64,000 nt of DNA, from the NCBI GenBank assembly GCA_963781585.1, contig CAWAGQ010000006.1, positions 384,001-448,000 on the forward strand. Reading direction: 5' to 3'. Numbering within the stretch: position 1 is the stretch's first letter; each line of letters opens with the position of its first letter. Position numbers and translations under genes: made by a program. The DNA is from an uncultured Gemmatimonadaceae bacterium. GTDB taxonomy: Bacteria; Gemmatimonadota; Gemmatimonadetes; Gemmatimonadales; Gemmatimonadaceae. Below the pieces are notes generated by a model that saw only the letters and a program-made list of their open reading frames with translations, had not been told where the DNA came from and ran no database searches. Positions 1 to 11,771 of this stretch are shown here, in pieces.

Positions 1-191
1 TCCACCCAGCGCCGCGTGAAGATGATCTGCGTGCCGTCGGGTGACAGCTGGGGTGCCTGGACATCCTCCCAGTCGAGGTACTGCTCCAGGACGATGTGAT
101 TCGACGCCTTCTGTTGCGCCGCGATGGGCGGTGCCATGGCCACGAAAGCCAGGGCCGTCGCCGCGCGGGCGAGCCGCAGGGGGGTGCGCAT
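1..191 (-). CDS. S9-family peptidase, 5' end only (runs off the window)
   Basis: Hand translation from ATG 191 (GGAGG upstream): MRTPLRLARAATALAFVAMAPPIAAQQKASNHIVLEQYLDWEDVQAPQLSPDGTQIIFTRRWV. Signal peptide plus a PD40-like SPDG propeller start. Not in the ORF track. Confidence 0.75.
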   Translation of the reverse strand, partial: MRTPLRLARAATALAFVAMAPPIAAQQKASNHIVLEQYLDWEDVQAPQLSPDGTQIIFTRRWV

Positions 192-430
192 GGGGTGCCT
201 CCGAAGGTGGGCCGAAAAAATGATCCTCTATGGTGCACTTTCCCCTGCCGGGCGGCTAGTGGTGGCATCGCCACAACGGCACTGCCCGTGCGAGCAGGAG
301 CACCCAGGGCAGGACCGATCGGGCGGTGATTCGGGGAAACGCGGCCACCTCAGGCAGAGCAAGCTGAGCCGCTATCGAAACCGACCCCGTGACCATAGGT
401 TGCAGCCGCCCACTCCCCACGGCCCCGGAT

Positions 431-2353
431 ATGCACAAACTGCTTGCCTTCGCTGCCCCAGCCGTGCTCCTTGCCGCGACGGCCGGGGTGCACCGCGCCC
501 CCCGCACCACCGCGCCTAACGCCCCGGCGGCGATCGCGCCCAACGACAACCGCCTTCCCGCCGGCACCATGACCAGCGGCGTGTTGGAGGTTCACCTCGA
601 CGCCCGCCCGGGAGAGTGGCGCCCCTACGGCGGGAACGGCCCGCCGATCACGATCCTCGCCTTCGGCGAGATCGGAAAGTCGCTGCAGACGCCGGGTCCG
701 CTGATCCGGGTGAAGGCCGGAACCCGCGTTCACGCCACGATCACGAATTCGGCCATCGGTACGCTGGTGGTGCATGGACTGGCCGCGCGTCACCGGGTCG
801 TGATGGATACCCTCGTCGTCCCCGAGGGAGCGACGCGCGAGGTCACGTTCGTCGCCGCGGACGCCGGGACGTTCTTCTACTGGGGAACGACAACCGGCGT
901 GTCGTTCAGCGACCGGTACTTCGAGGATGTTCAACTGAATGGCGCCCTGATCGTCGACCCGGTGGGGGCGCCGCCGCGCCCCGATCGCGTCTTCGTGATT
1001 GCCTGGCACATTCCCCAGAAGGAGGCCAACGGGGAGCCCAACTTCACGAACGCGTTCTTCACATTCAACGGCCAGCCCTGGCCGTACACCGAGCGGCTGA
1101 CGTACAACCAGGGCGATTCGGTGCACTGGCGCTTCATCAACACCACCGCCGACGTGCATCCGCTGCACCTCCACGGCTTCTTCTTCCGTATCACCGCGCG
1201 CGGCGATGTGCAGCGCGATACGCTGTACTGGCCCGGACAGGAGCGAATGGCGGTCACGGAGTTGATGGACGAGGGCACCACGATGGACCTCTCGTGGTTC
1301 GCCGAGCGCCCGGGAGCGTGGATCTTCCATTGTCACCTCAACTGGCACGTGGTCCCGAACCCGGTGCTGGGGGCTGACATGGAGTCCGATAGCGCCCGCC
1401 TTCGCGAGTTGTTCGTGGCGCCGGACATGGGCGCGATGCACGACGGCCACGCCATGGGAAACCACGCCGAGACCGGCATGGGCGGCCTGGTGCTGGCGAT
1501 GAACATCAAGCCCTCGGCGACATGGCGGCCCTACACCGGGCCTCGCGAGCGGCTTCGCCTCTACATCCAGAGCGACTCGCAGCCCGGCGATACGGCGCGG
1601 CGGTTCGGATACGCCCTCGCCACGGGGAGCGAGATGCCGGCGCCTGACGCGATCACATGGCCCGGACCGCCCATCATTCTGCACAAGGGGCGCCCCACCA
1701 GCATCCGGGTCATCAACCGTGCGCCCGAGCCGTCACAGGTGCACTGGCACGGCCTCGAGATCGACAGCTACTACGACGGCGTGGCGGGGCTGAGCAGCAA
1801 CGCCGGCATGGTGTCGCCGATGATCATGCCGCGCGATTCGTTCGAGGTCACCGTGACCCCGCCGCGCGCCGGGAGCTTCATGTACCACACCCATATCAAC
1901 GACATGCGGCAGCAGAGCCACGGCCTGTACGGCCCCATCATCGTCCTCGACTCCGCCGAGACGTGGGACCCGCAGCACGACCTGATCTTCCAGACCGGCA
2001 CGGATCCCACGGACAGCCCGATCCTCAACGGAAGCACGTCGCCGCCCGCTCTGACGCTGCACGCGGGAACGCCGTATCGCATCCGGCTGATGAACATCTC
2101 GCTCGACGTGCCGTTCAACGAACTGTGGCTCACGAATTCGCTCGGTGGAGCAGTAGGGTGGATGCCGGTGGCCAAGGACGGCTTCGACCGGCCGACCTGG
2201 CAGCGCACGCCCGTGCTCTCGCGTCAGAGGGTGAGCATCGGCGAGACATACGATTTCCGCGTGACCTTTCCTGCGCCCGGTGAGTACGCAATGACAGGGC
2301 GTCGCGGCAGCGGGTTGGAGTATGCCCGGCAGGAGATCCACGTGGTGAAGTAG
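431..2353 (+). CDS. Secreted multicopper oxidase, four cupredoxin domains
   Basis: Signal peptide MHKLLAFAAPAVLLAA. Copper motifs HPLHLHG, WIFHCHLNWH, HAETGM, VHWHG, FMYHTH. Confidence 0.9.
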   Translation: MHKLLAFAAPAVLLAATAGVHRAPRTTAPNAPAAIAPNDNRLPAGTMTSGVLEVHLDARPGEWRPYGGNGPPITILAFGEIGKSLQTPGPLIRVKAGTRVHATITNSAIGTLVVHGLAARHRVVMDTLVVPEGATREVTFVAADAGTFFYWGTTTGVSFSDRYFEDVQLNGALIVDPVGAPPRPDRVFVIAWHIPQKEANGEPNFTNAFFTFNGQPWPYTERLTYNQGDSVHWRFINTTADVHPLHLHGFFFRITARGDVQRDTLYWPGQERMAVTELMDEGTTMDLSWFAERPGAWIFHCHLNWHVVPNPVLGADMESDSARLRELFVAPDMGAMHDGHAMGNHAETGMGGLVLAMNIKPSATWRPYTGPRERLRLYIQSDSQPGDTARRFGYALATGSEMPAPDAITWPGPPIILHKGRPTSIRVINRAPEPSQVHWHGLEIDSYYDGVAGLSSNAGMVSPMIMPRDSFEVTVTPPRAGSFMYHTHINDMRQQSHGLYGPIIVLDSAETWDPQHDLIFQTGTDPTDSPILNGSTSPPALTLHAGTPYRIRLMNISLDVPFNELWLTNSLGGAVGWMPVAKDGFDRPTWQRTPVLSRQRVSIGETYDFRVTFPAPGEYAMTGRRGSGLEYARQEIHVVK

Positions 2354-2454
2354 AGGCCGCGCCGGATGGATTGATCTGCCACAGACCGCTCGATCCGACT
2401 GATGTCGGCTGGCATCTGCGCGCTCGGTTTGACAACCGAGCGCTGATCGCTGAC

Positions 2455-5199
2455 CTACTCTTCCCGCAGCGCCACCACCGGTGCCACCCGCGAGGCACGC
2501 CACGCGGGCAGAAGGGCCGCGACCACGCCGCACGTCCCGAGCACCACGAGCGCGATGGTCAGTGACACCGGATCGGTGGTCCCGACACCGTGCAGCTGGT
2601 TCCGCAATAGCCGGGACGCTGCCAGCGCCAGCGGCACGCCCACCACCACCCCCACCGCCACCAGGCGCATCGCGTCGCCCAGCACCATGCCGATCACCGT
2701 GCCGCGTCCAGCGCCTAACGCCACACGCAGTCCGATCTCGCCGGTGCGCCGGGTGATGGCGTAGGTCATCACGCCGTACAATCCCACCGCCGCCAGCAGC
2801 AGTGCCATCACGCCGAACCCGCTGGCCAGCCTCGCCAACAGCCGTTCCTCGCGCACCGACTCCCGCATCAGCGCCGACAGCGGCTCGAGGTCGTCGATCG
2901 GGAGATCGTGGTCGAACTCCCCGACGGCTCGGCGTACCGCGACCGACAGCGCCGCCGGATCGCCGCGGGTACGGACCAGCAGCCGCAATGCCCCGGGGTC
3001 GCCGAACAGATGCTGCAGGTAGGGCACGTAGTAGCGCGCCACCGGCTCGCCAACGAGGGTGTGGTCCTTCACGTCGGCCACGAGCCCCACGATACGAGCG
3101 TGCGTGGAGTCGTTCACGCGAATAACCCGCCCTACCGGGTTCTCCCCCCTGAAATAGAACCGCGCAAATGTCTGGTTCACGAGCAGGACCGGCTGGGTGC
3201 CGGGCAGGTCCGTGTCGCTGAAATCGCGACCTGAAGCCAGGCGCGCCCCGATGGCATTCGCGTAACCCGGGCCCACCTCGTCGTATCGCACGATCGAATC
3301 GGTGCGCTCGTGCGCCACGAAGCCCGGCACGCCCAGATTGCTGGCCGATTCGCTGCCGCTGAAGATGCCGTTCGCCGAAAAGCTCACCGCCTCCACGCCG
3401 GGCACACGCGCGAGCCGCTCGCGCAGGTCGTGACTCACCTGCATCAACTTGTCACCGAGGTAGTTGCGCGAATAGACGTCCACGTCGGCAATCAGCAGGT
3501 GATCGCGATCGAGGCCGGTGTCGGATCCCTGCAGGTGCTGCAGGCTGCGCACCAGGAGCGCGGTGCCGACCAGCAGCACGAGCGACAGCGCCATCTGCGC
3601 CGAGATCAGCACCTTTCCTACCGGAATGCGCTGCCCGCGCGCGCCCAGCCCTCCGCCGCTCAGCGACCTGGCGCTGGCCCGCATCGCCGAGGCCAGGTCG
3701 ACCCGCGAGGCCCGCAGCGCGGGCGCCAGCGCGAACAGCGCCACCGCCAGCGCCGACAAGGACGCGGTAAACACCAGTACCGGCACGTCGAGTGCGACGT
3801 CGAGGGGAAGCGCGGTCCCGCCGTCGGCCACCAGCGCGAGCAAGAGCCGGCTTCCCCAACGCGCTACCACCAACCCGGCCGCGGCGCCGAGCAGGCCGAG
3901 CACCGCCCCTTCGGTCATCAGCTGACGCACCAGGCGGACGCGCCCGGCGCCGATCGCCATGCGCACGCTCATCTCCCGGCCTCGCGTCACCGCGCGCGCC
4001 AGCAGCAGGTTGGCGACATTTGCGCAGATGATGAGCAGCAGCACGCCCACTCCCACCGAGAGCGTGATGAGCGGCGCCTGGTAGGAGACCCGGACGTTCG
4101 ACAATCCCTTCGCTCCTGATGACACCCAGATGCGCATCTTGTCGATGCCCTCCGCCGTCGCGGCGCTGGTCGCCTGACGGATGAGCAGCTGTCGAATCCG
4201 CTGGGTGAGGCCAGCCTCGGCCTGGGCGAACGTCACCCCGGCCTTCCGGCGGCCAAGAAGCAGCAGCCAGTAGGCCTCGGTGTCGTTCAGCATCGGGCGG
4301 CCGGGATAGAGCACAGACTGCATGCTGATCGGCAGCCAGACATCGGTGGTGCGTCCGACGATCTCGCCGCTGAACCAGGGTGGCGCGACCCCGATGATCG
4401 TGAAGCGTGATCCGTTGATGAGTACGTTACGGCCGATCACGCGGTCGTCGCCCGAGAACCGCCGGATCCAGTAGCTGTGGCTGATCACGACCACCGGCGA
4501 GCCGCCGATCGTCTGATCCTCGCTCCCGTCGAAGATGCGGCCGCGCACCGCCGGCACACCAAGCACGCGAAAGTAGTTCCCCGACACGAACCGCCCGCGC
4601 GGGTGACCGGCTTCGGTGGCTCCCGAATCCGTCAACAGGTCCAGCCGGTCCATTCGCCCCGATGCCGCGAGCCCGGAGAGAAACTCGTGATCACGCGCCA
4701 GCTCGCGATAGCTCGGGTAGCTGAAGAGGTCCGACCGGGCGCTGGTGCTGAACGACATGCCGCCGGTGCGGGACGGATCGCCGAGCGCCACCAGCTCATC
4801 GGGCGCGGTCACCGGCAGCTTTCGCAGCAACACCGCGTTCACCAGCGTGAAGATTGCGGTGTTGGCCCCGATGCCTAACGCCAACGTCACGACGACCACC
4901 GCGGTGACCCCGGCATTGCGGCGCAGCATGCGCCAGGCGTAGGCCAGATCCTGGCGCAGGTCGGTCAGCAGATTCGCGCGATTCATCGCACGCTCCCGTT
5001 CCTGGTCCATGGCGATGCACGACCCACGCACCCGGTCCACGTCACCAAAGCGCTCACGGGCCCTGCGATACGCCTCATCGGGCGCCAAGCCCTGCGCGAT
5101 GAGCTTGCGCGCCCGCATCTCGATGTGGAACGACAACTCGTCGTCCACCTCGCGACCGATGTGGCCGTGCCCGAACCCGCGTCCCACCGCTCGCCGCAT
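2455..5199 (-). CDS. Duplicated orphan ABC permease (ADOP/MacB-FtsX type) #1
   Basis: EVDDELSFHIEMR prefix, LALGIGANTAIF, ANLLLARA, YGVMTYAITRRTGEIGLRVALGA, C-terminal PVVALREE. Confidence 0.93.
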   Translation of the reverse strand: MRRAVGRGFGHGHIGREVDDELSFHIEMRARKLIAQGLAPDEAYRRARERFGDVDRVRGSCIAMDQERERAMNRANLLTDLRQDLAYAWRMLRRNAGVTAVVVVTLALGIGANTAIFTLVNAVLLRKLPVTAPDELVALGDPSRTGGMSFSTSARSDLFSYPSYRELARDHEFLSGLAASGRMDRLDLLTDSGATEAGHPRGRFVSGNYFRVLGVPAVRGRIFDGSEDQTIGGSPVVVISHSYWIRRFSGDDRVIGRNVLINGSRFTIIGVAPPWFSGEIVGRTTDVWLPISMQSVLYPGRPMLNDTEAYWLLLLGRRKAGVTFAQAEAGLTQRIRQLLIRQATSAATAEGIDKMRIWVSSGAKGLSNVRVSYQAPLITLSVGVGVLLLIICANVANLLLARAVTRGREMSVRMAIGAGRVRLVRQLMTEGAVLGLLGAAAGLVVARWGSRLLLALVADGGTALPLDVALDVPVLVFTASLSALAVALFALAPALRASRVDLASAMRASARSLSGGGLGARGQRIPVGKVLISAQMALSLVLLVGTALLVRSLQHLQGSDTGLDRDHLLIADVDVYSRNYLGDKLMQVSHDLRERLARVPGVEAVSFSANGIFSGSESASNLGVPGFVAHERTDSIVRYDEVGPGYANAIGARLASGRDFSDTDLPGTQPVLLVNQTFARFYFRGENPVGRVIRVNDSTHARIVGLVADVKDHTLVGEPVARYYVPYLQHLFGDPGALRLLVRTRGDPAALSVAVRRAVGEFDHDLPIDDLEPLSALMRESVREERLLARLASGFGVMALLLAAVGLYGVMTYAITRRTGEIGLRVALGAGRGTVIGMVLGDAMRLVAVGVVVGVPLALAASRLLRNQLHGVGTTDPVSLTIALVVLGTCGVVAALLPAWRASRVAPVVALREE

Positions 5200-5202
5200 G
5201 GA

Positions 5203-5550
5203 TCAGGCAGGAACCGGCGACGGCGCGGCGAGCGCCTTGGTAACAGCGCGGACGTATCGCTCCCAACTCGAGACCTCGGACCTCAGCTGCTGACGGCCGG
5301 TGCGCGTCAACTGGTAGTACTTCGCCTTGCGGTTGTTCTCGGAATACCCCCAGTCGCCGGTGAGCCACCCCCTGCGTTCCAGCCGATGGAGCGCGGTGTA
5401 CAGGGGACCTTCCTCCACCAGCAGCTCCTCGTCGGTCACCGACCCGATCCACTCCGCCACCGCGTACCCGTGGCGCGGGCCCCAGGACAGCGCCTTGAGG
5501 ATGAGGACGTCGAGCGTGCCGCGGAGCAGACCGCCGTCGGGATCGAGCAT
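5203..5550 (-). CDS. PadR-family transcriptional regulator #1
   Basis: LLRGTLDVLILKAL, HGYAV, LYTALHRLE, SENNRKAKYYQLT. Directly upstream of the permease. Confidence 0.95.
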   Translation of the reverse strand: MLDPDGGLLRGTLDVLILKALSWGPRHGYAVAEWIGSVTDEELLVEEGPLYTALHRLERRGWLTGDWGYSENNRKAKYYQLTRTGRQQLRSEVSSWERYVRAVTKALAAPSPVPA

Positions 5551-5556
5551 ATCGGT

Positions 5557-5579
5557 TTCCCCTCTGAGTTAGAGGGGAA
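5557..5579. promoter_or_regulatory. Putative PadR #1 operator
   Basis: Perfect inverted repeat TTCCCCTCT-N5-AGAGGGGAA overlapping the padR ribosome-binding region. A degenerate copy lies at about 5592-5611. Confidence 0.7.
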
Positions 5580-5869
5580 GCTATCGCGGCGGTCCGTTCT
5601 ATGGAAGGGGAGCCGATCCGGCTTCACGTATTGCGCGCAGCCAGGGCCGACCCGAGCTGCGGGCATCCGACCTCATCGACGCGTCCGCATACACGATGGT
5701 TCGACGACCGCCCCGTCTGCCCCGACCGCCGCGGAGAGGCGCAACGGCGTTAACATTCTGGTCGGCCGTTGATCCCTTCGCGATTGCCCGCCGGACGAGC
5801 GTGCCGCGTGTCCAAGCCGGGAGATCGCCGAATGCTGCCTGCACCGACGCCCAACCCAGGCGAAGAGCC

Positions 5870-8029
<2,160 letters not shown>

Positions 8030-8055
8030 GCCCCGAAGCCCGCTGCGTCTTCGAG

Positions 8056-8205
8056 GGCGTCGGCCAGTCCACGCTCATCAGCCTGCTGCTCGGCTTCATC
8101 CGTCCCACCACGGGCGGCGTGCGTATCGGTGGACTCGAGCCGCGCGCGTTCATCGAGACTCGTGGCGTCAGCAACCTGCGACGACGACCGCCGGGAGAGG
8201 ACTGA
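8056..8205 (+). pseudogene. Relic of an ABC ATP-binding protein
   Basis: GVGQSTLISLLLGFIRPTTGGVRIGG resembles a decayed Walker A region (GxGKSTL...PTxG). The rest of the domain is absent. Confidence 0.6.
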
Positions 8206-8220
8206 CCACTTCCGCTCGCT

Positions 8221-8760
8221 CTACCTGGCGGCTGCCGTGCGAGTGCTGTTGGCGCTCGCCACTGCCCCCGGCGCGAGCACAACCAGCTGACCTGACATCA
8301 TGGGCAGGTGCGCCGCCACGCTGCATACAAACGAGTAGATCCCCGCGCGCCTGGCGACGTACGTCGCCTTCGTCGTCTGCTGCCCGGGGAGCGGCACCAC
8401 CAGGTCCGGCAGGACAAACGAATGCAGATCGTCCTCCGGATTGATGAATGTGAAGTGGATCGTGTCGCCTTCCACTACGGTCAGGGTGCTGGGCGAGAAG
8501 CCGTACACCTCCTTGCCGTCGAGGACGCCCCCCTTGGCGAAATCCGCGGGAAGGAACGGATAGAGATTACGCGCTTCCTTCACCAACAGCGGCACGGTGG
8601 TCACCGTCAGCTCGCGAACGCGCGGCGTATAGGCAGTGGTCTGCACGCGAGCCGTGCTCCCGCCGCAGGCAGCGAGGATGCTGGTGAGGGCTGCGCCGGC
8701 CAGCGGGGCGAGCGTCGAGCCAAACCGGCCGTCGCCAAAGACCGTCCGGGGATTGCGCAT
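8221..8760 (-). CDS. Single-domain cupredoxin lipoprotein
   Basis: Lipobox LAAC, FSPSTLTVVEGDTI, type-1 Cu ligands DLHSF and CSVAAHLPMM. Start uncertain. Confidence 0.8.
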   Translation of the reverse strand: MRNPRTVFGDGRFGSTLAPLAGAALTSILAACGGSTARVQTTAYTPRVRELTVTTVPLLVKEARNLYPFLPADFAKGGVLDGKEVYGFSPSTLTVVEGDTIHFTFINPEDDLHSFVLPDLVVPLPGQQTTKATYVARRAGIYSFVCSVAAHLPMMSGQLVVLAPGAVASANSTRTAAAR

Positions 8761-8820
8761 TGAGCAGGTCCTCGATTTTTCAGTGAGCAGCGATCGGAAG
8801 ACAGCGATCAAATGGAGCGT

Positions 8821-9618
8821 TCACTTCGTGCGCCGCCGCGCCGCCACGCTCTTCGCCACCTGCGGCTCCACGATCTGCCGGAACCGGGTGAAGTCGTCGG
8901 TAATGGCCATTGCCTTGAGCGACCAGAGCGTGTGCCCACTGTTCCACGTGCCACCGGGGAAGGCACGTCCGGCGCGGTAGCCCGCCTCGCGCACCGCGGC
9001 TTCCGCTTCCGGCGTGGCCACGCCGAACGGGTACGCGAAGAAGTCTACGGACGATCCCAACTGCTTTTGCAGAATCGCCCGGCTCCCTGCGATCTCCTCC
9101 CGGAGCTTTTCGGGATCATGGAGTTGCTTGATCTGGGGATGCAGCTGGGTGTGCGACCCGATTGTCATCCCCGCGCTCTGCATTTCACGAAGCTGCGCCC
9201 AGGTGAAATAGCGGTCGTTCCGGCCGATGGCGTGCGTGAACACGAAGAAGGTCGCGGTGAACCCGTAGCGCCGCAACTCGGGAAACGCGTGCACGTACTG
9301 GTTTTCCCATCCGTCGTCGAAGGTGATGACCACGGCATGCGGCGGAACGGTGCCGCGACCCTCGATGGCATCGACCAGTGCCTGCATCGACACCACGGGG
9401 ATGTGTTGGTCGTGCAGGTACGCGATCTCGCGGTCGAACGATTCCGGCGTCACTTCGAACACCCGGCTGGCGGCCGAGCGGCCGGGTTCGTGTTCGTGAA
9501 TGGAATGGTAGACGAGAATCGGGACCCGGAGGGAGTCGGGCGCGGATGCCGCGGTCTGTGCCGCGGCGGTCATCGGCCACGCGAGCCAGAGCGCGAGCCG
9601 GAGATGTGGGGCGAACAT
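8821..9618 (-). CDS. Polysaccharide deacetylase (CE4), secreted
   Basis: VPILVYHSI, TFDDG, GSHTQLH, FAYPFG. Signal peptide from ATG 9618. Confidence 0.9.
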   Translation of the reverse strand: MFAPHLRLALWLAWPMTAAAQTAASAPDSLRVPILVYHSIHEHEPGRSAASRVFEVTPESFDREIAYLHDQHIPVVSMQALVDAIEGRGTVPPHAVVITFDDGWENQYVHAFPELRRYGFTATFFVFTHAIGRNDRYFTWAQLREMQSAGMTIGSHTQLHPQIKQLHDPEKLREEIAGSRAILQKQLGSSVDFFAYPFGVATPEAEAAVREAGYRAGRAFPGGTWNSGHTLWSLKAMAITDDFTRFRQIVEPQVAKSVAARRRTK

Positions 9619-9983
9619 GAAGCGATGGATCCAGCGACGGCGCCGCGCGCCGGGTTGAAGAAAGAACGTGAGAGGGCGGGGTGCACCGGAAACAAGAGTG
9701 CTCTCCACCTGATGGACGCGTATGTCGCGGGAAAGATAATCGCGTGCGTTGTCCGCCCGCCGATCGTTAGGGCACTCCCGCTGGAACCGCCCCGTTGGGT
9801 TCGGGGAGAACCCGGGTTCCCGGATCGGATTACGAAACAGGTCGCTCGCTTCGATCGGATCCGCAACAGTTGCGACGCACGGGGCGCCCAGCGTCGAAAG
9901 GGGCGACACACCCACTCACGGTGGCTGGCGAGGCCAGGCGGGCCAGCATCCCGGTGAACAGATGCGCGAAGCCACGGCCGGCG

Positions 9984-11603
9984 TCATGCGGAGCTCCCGG
10001 GCGGTCTGTCTGACGCGGAGGGGGGGGAGGGGGAGGAGGACGGTGTTGCCGCCGGAAGGTGAAGCGGCGAGACCGGGAGCAGGTGCCGCTGCACCTTGCC
10101 TAACGCGTTGCGGGGCAGGGCATCCACCCGCACGAACGCGCGCGGGGTCTTGAACGACGCGAGCTGGCGCGAGCACGCATCGCGCGCGACCGCCTCGTCG
10201 AACTCCGGACCGGCCACCACGCAGGCAACCGGCACCTCGCCCCGGACCGGATCCGGCACGCCCACGACGGCCGCCTCGAGAACGCCCGGGACGTCCGCGA
10301 GCACATCCTCGATCTCGCGCGGATACACGTTGAAGCCGCCGGTGATGATCAGGTCGCTGGACCGTCCGCGCAGCGTGACGTACCCGTCGGCCGATCGCTC
10401 GGCCATGTCGCCGGTGCGGAACCAGCCGTCGGTCGTGAACGCGGCGAGGGTGGCGGCCGGATTCTTCCAGTACCCGGAGAAGACGTTGGGACCGCGCACC
10501 TGGAATTCTCCGACCGTATCGTGCGACACCGGACGGCCGACATCATCGACGATGCGGGCGGAAACGCCAGGCAGCGGCATGCCGACCGTACCGGCGCGCC
10601 GTGCTCCCGCACAGGGATTGCTCGTGTTCATGAGCGTCTCGCTCATGCCGTAGCGCTCGAGAATGGTGTGCCCGTACCGGTCGCGAAACGCGTCGAACAC
10701 GTGGGTGGGGAGGGGCGCCGACCCCGACACGAACAAACGCATGTGGCGGCCGATGCTGCGGGCCGCGTCGGCCGGGAGGTCGAGCAGGCGCAGGTAGATC
10801 GTCGGCACGCCGAAGAAGAGGGTCGGCCGGAACTCGGCGAACAGTGCGGCTGCGGTCTGGTGCGCAAAGCGCTCCACCAGCCGCATCCGGCATCCCGTTG
10901 CCAGCCAGCAGCAGAGGCCGTTGGCCAGCCCGTGCACGTGAAAGAGCGGCAGGACGGCCAGGTAGCGATCCTCACTCGTTATGCGCCAGCATGCCACGAG
11001 GCTGGCGGTGTTGGCGAGGAAGTTGTTGTGCGAGAGCACGGCGCCCTTCGAGCGGCCGGTGGTGCCCGACGTGTAGACGATGGCGACGGGGTCGTCTCCG
11101 TCCAGCGGCAGTCGGATCCGGCCGGGCTCCCGCGGCGCGTGTTCCCCCGATCGGTCGCCACTCGTTGGTTCCGTCGCTCCGGACTCCGATGCCCGCCAGG
11201 CGTCCGCCTCACGCGCCAGCTCCTCGATGTCCACGACCGGCGTGCCGGCTGGGAAGAGCGGCAGGTGGTGGTAGCTCGTGATCACCATCGCGGGTGAAGC
11301 GTCGCCGACGATGTGCGTCAGTTCGCGTTCGCGGTAGAGCACGTTTACGGGCACGAAGATGATGCCCAGTCGCACGCAGGCGACGAACAGATCGATGTAC
11401 TCCGCGCGGTTGGCCAGGTGTACGCAGAGCCGGTCGCCCCGAATCAGGCCGCGAGCCGCGAGGGTACGCGCCATGCGATTGGCGCGGGCGTCGACCTCCG
11501 CGAAGGTCAGCGACGTCGCGCCCCCGCCAGGGGCGTCGACGTCCAGCGCGGTCGCGTCAGGTCGCGCCGCCAGCGACAGATCGAACAGGTCCGCGAGCTG
11601 CAT
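9984..11603 (-). CDS. Acyl-CoA synthetase (malonyl-CoA synthetase MatB-like)
   Basis: YTSGTTGRSKG, LPLFHVHGL, ERYGMSET, GWFRTGD, PRNALGK. Confidence 0.9.
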   Translation of the reverse strand: MQLADLFDLSLAARPDATALDVDAPGGGATSLTFAEVDARANRMARTLAARGLIRGDRLCVHLANRAEYIDLFVACVRLGIIFVPVNVLYRERELTHIVGDASPAMVITSYHHLPLFPAGTPVVDIEELAREADAWRASESGATEPTSGDRSGEHAPREPGRIRLPLDGDDPVAIVYTSGTTGRSKGAVLSHNNFLANTASLVACWRITSEDRYLAVLPLFHVHGLANGLCCWLATGCRMRLVERFAHQTAAALFAEFRPTLFFGVPTIYLRLLDLPADAARSIGRHMRLFVSGSAPLPTHVFDAFRDRYGHTILERYGMSETLMNTSNPCAGARRAGTVGMPLPGVSARIVDDVGRPVSHDTVGEFQVRGPNVFSGYWKNPAATLAAFTTDGWFRTGDMAERSADGYVTLRGRSSDLIITGGFNVYPREIEDVLADVPGVLEAAVVGVPDPVRGEVPVACVVAGPEFDEAVARDACSRQLASFKTPRAFVRVDALPRNALGKVQRHLLPVSPLHLPAATPSSSPSPPSASDRPPGSSA

Positions 11604-11710
11604 GTGCGCCGGATTGTAGCTCGGCGACACGGTGATCCGCGAGAGGCTGCTGAGACCGGTTCGTCCTGCGCGCCGACCACCTCGGCGCCGCGGTTTCGGT
11701 CGGCGGACAC

Positions 11711-11729
11711 GCGGGCTAGATTAGCCCGC
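11711..11729. promoter_or_regulatory. Inverted repeat between divergent genes (possible operator)
   Basis: GCGGGCTA-GAT-TAGCCCGC, perfect 8-bp arms, between the synthetase and kinase starts. Confidence 0.35.
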
Positions 11730-11771
11730 CCGCGCTTCACGTCCCGATGATGGAGGGCGCGCAACAGGTCA

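Noticed and set aside
10017..10040. G-rich run as a G-quadruplex or phase-variation tract
   Set aside because: It encodes the Pro/Ser tail of the synthetase, after the catalytic Lys.
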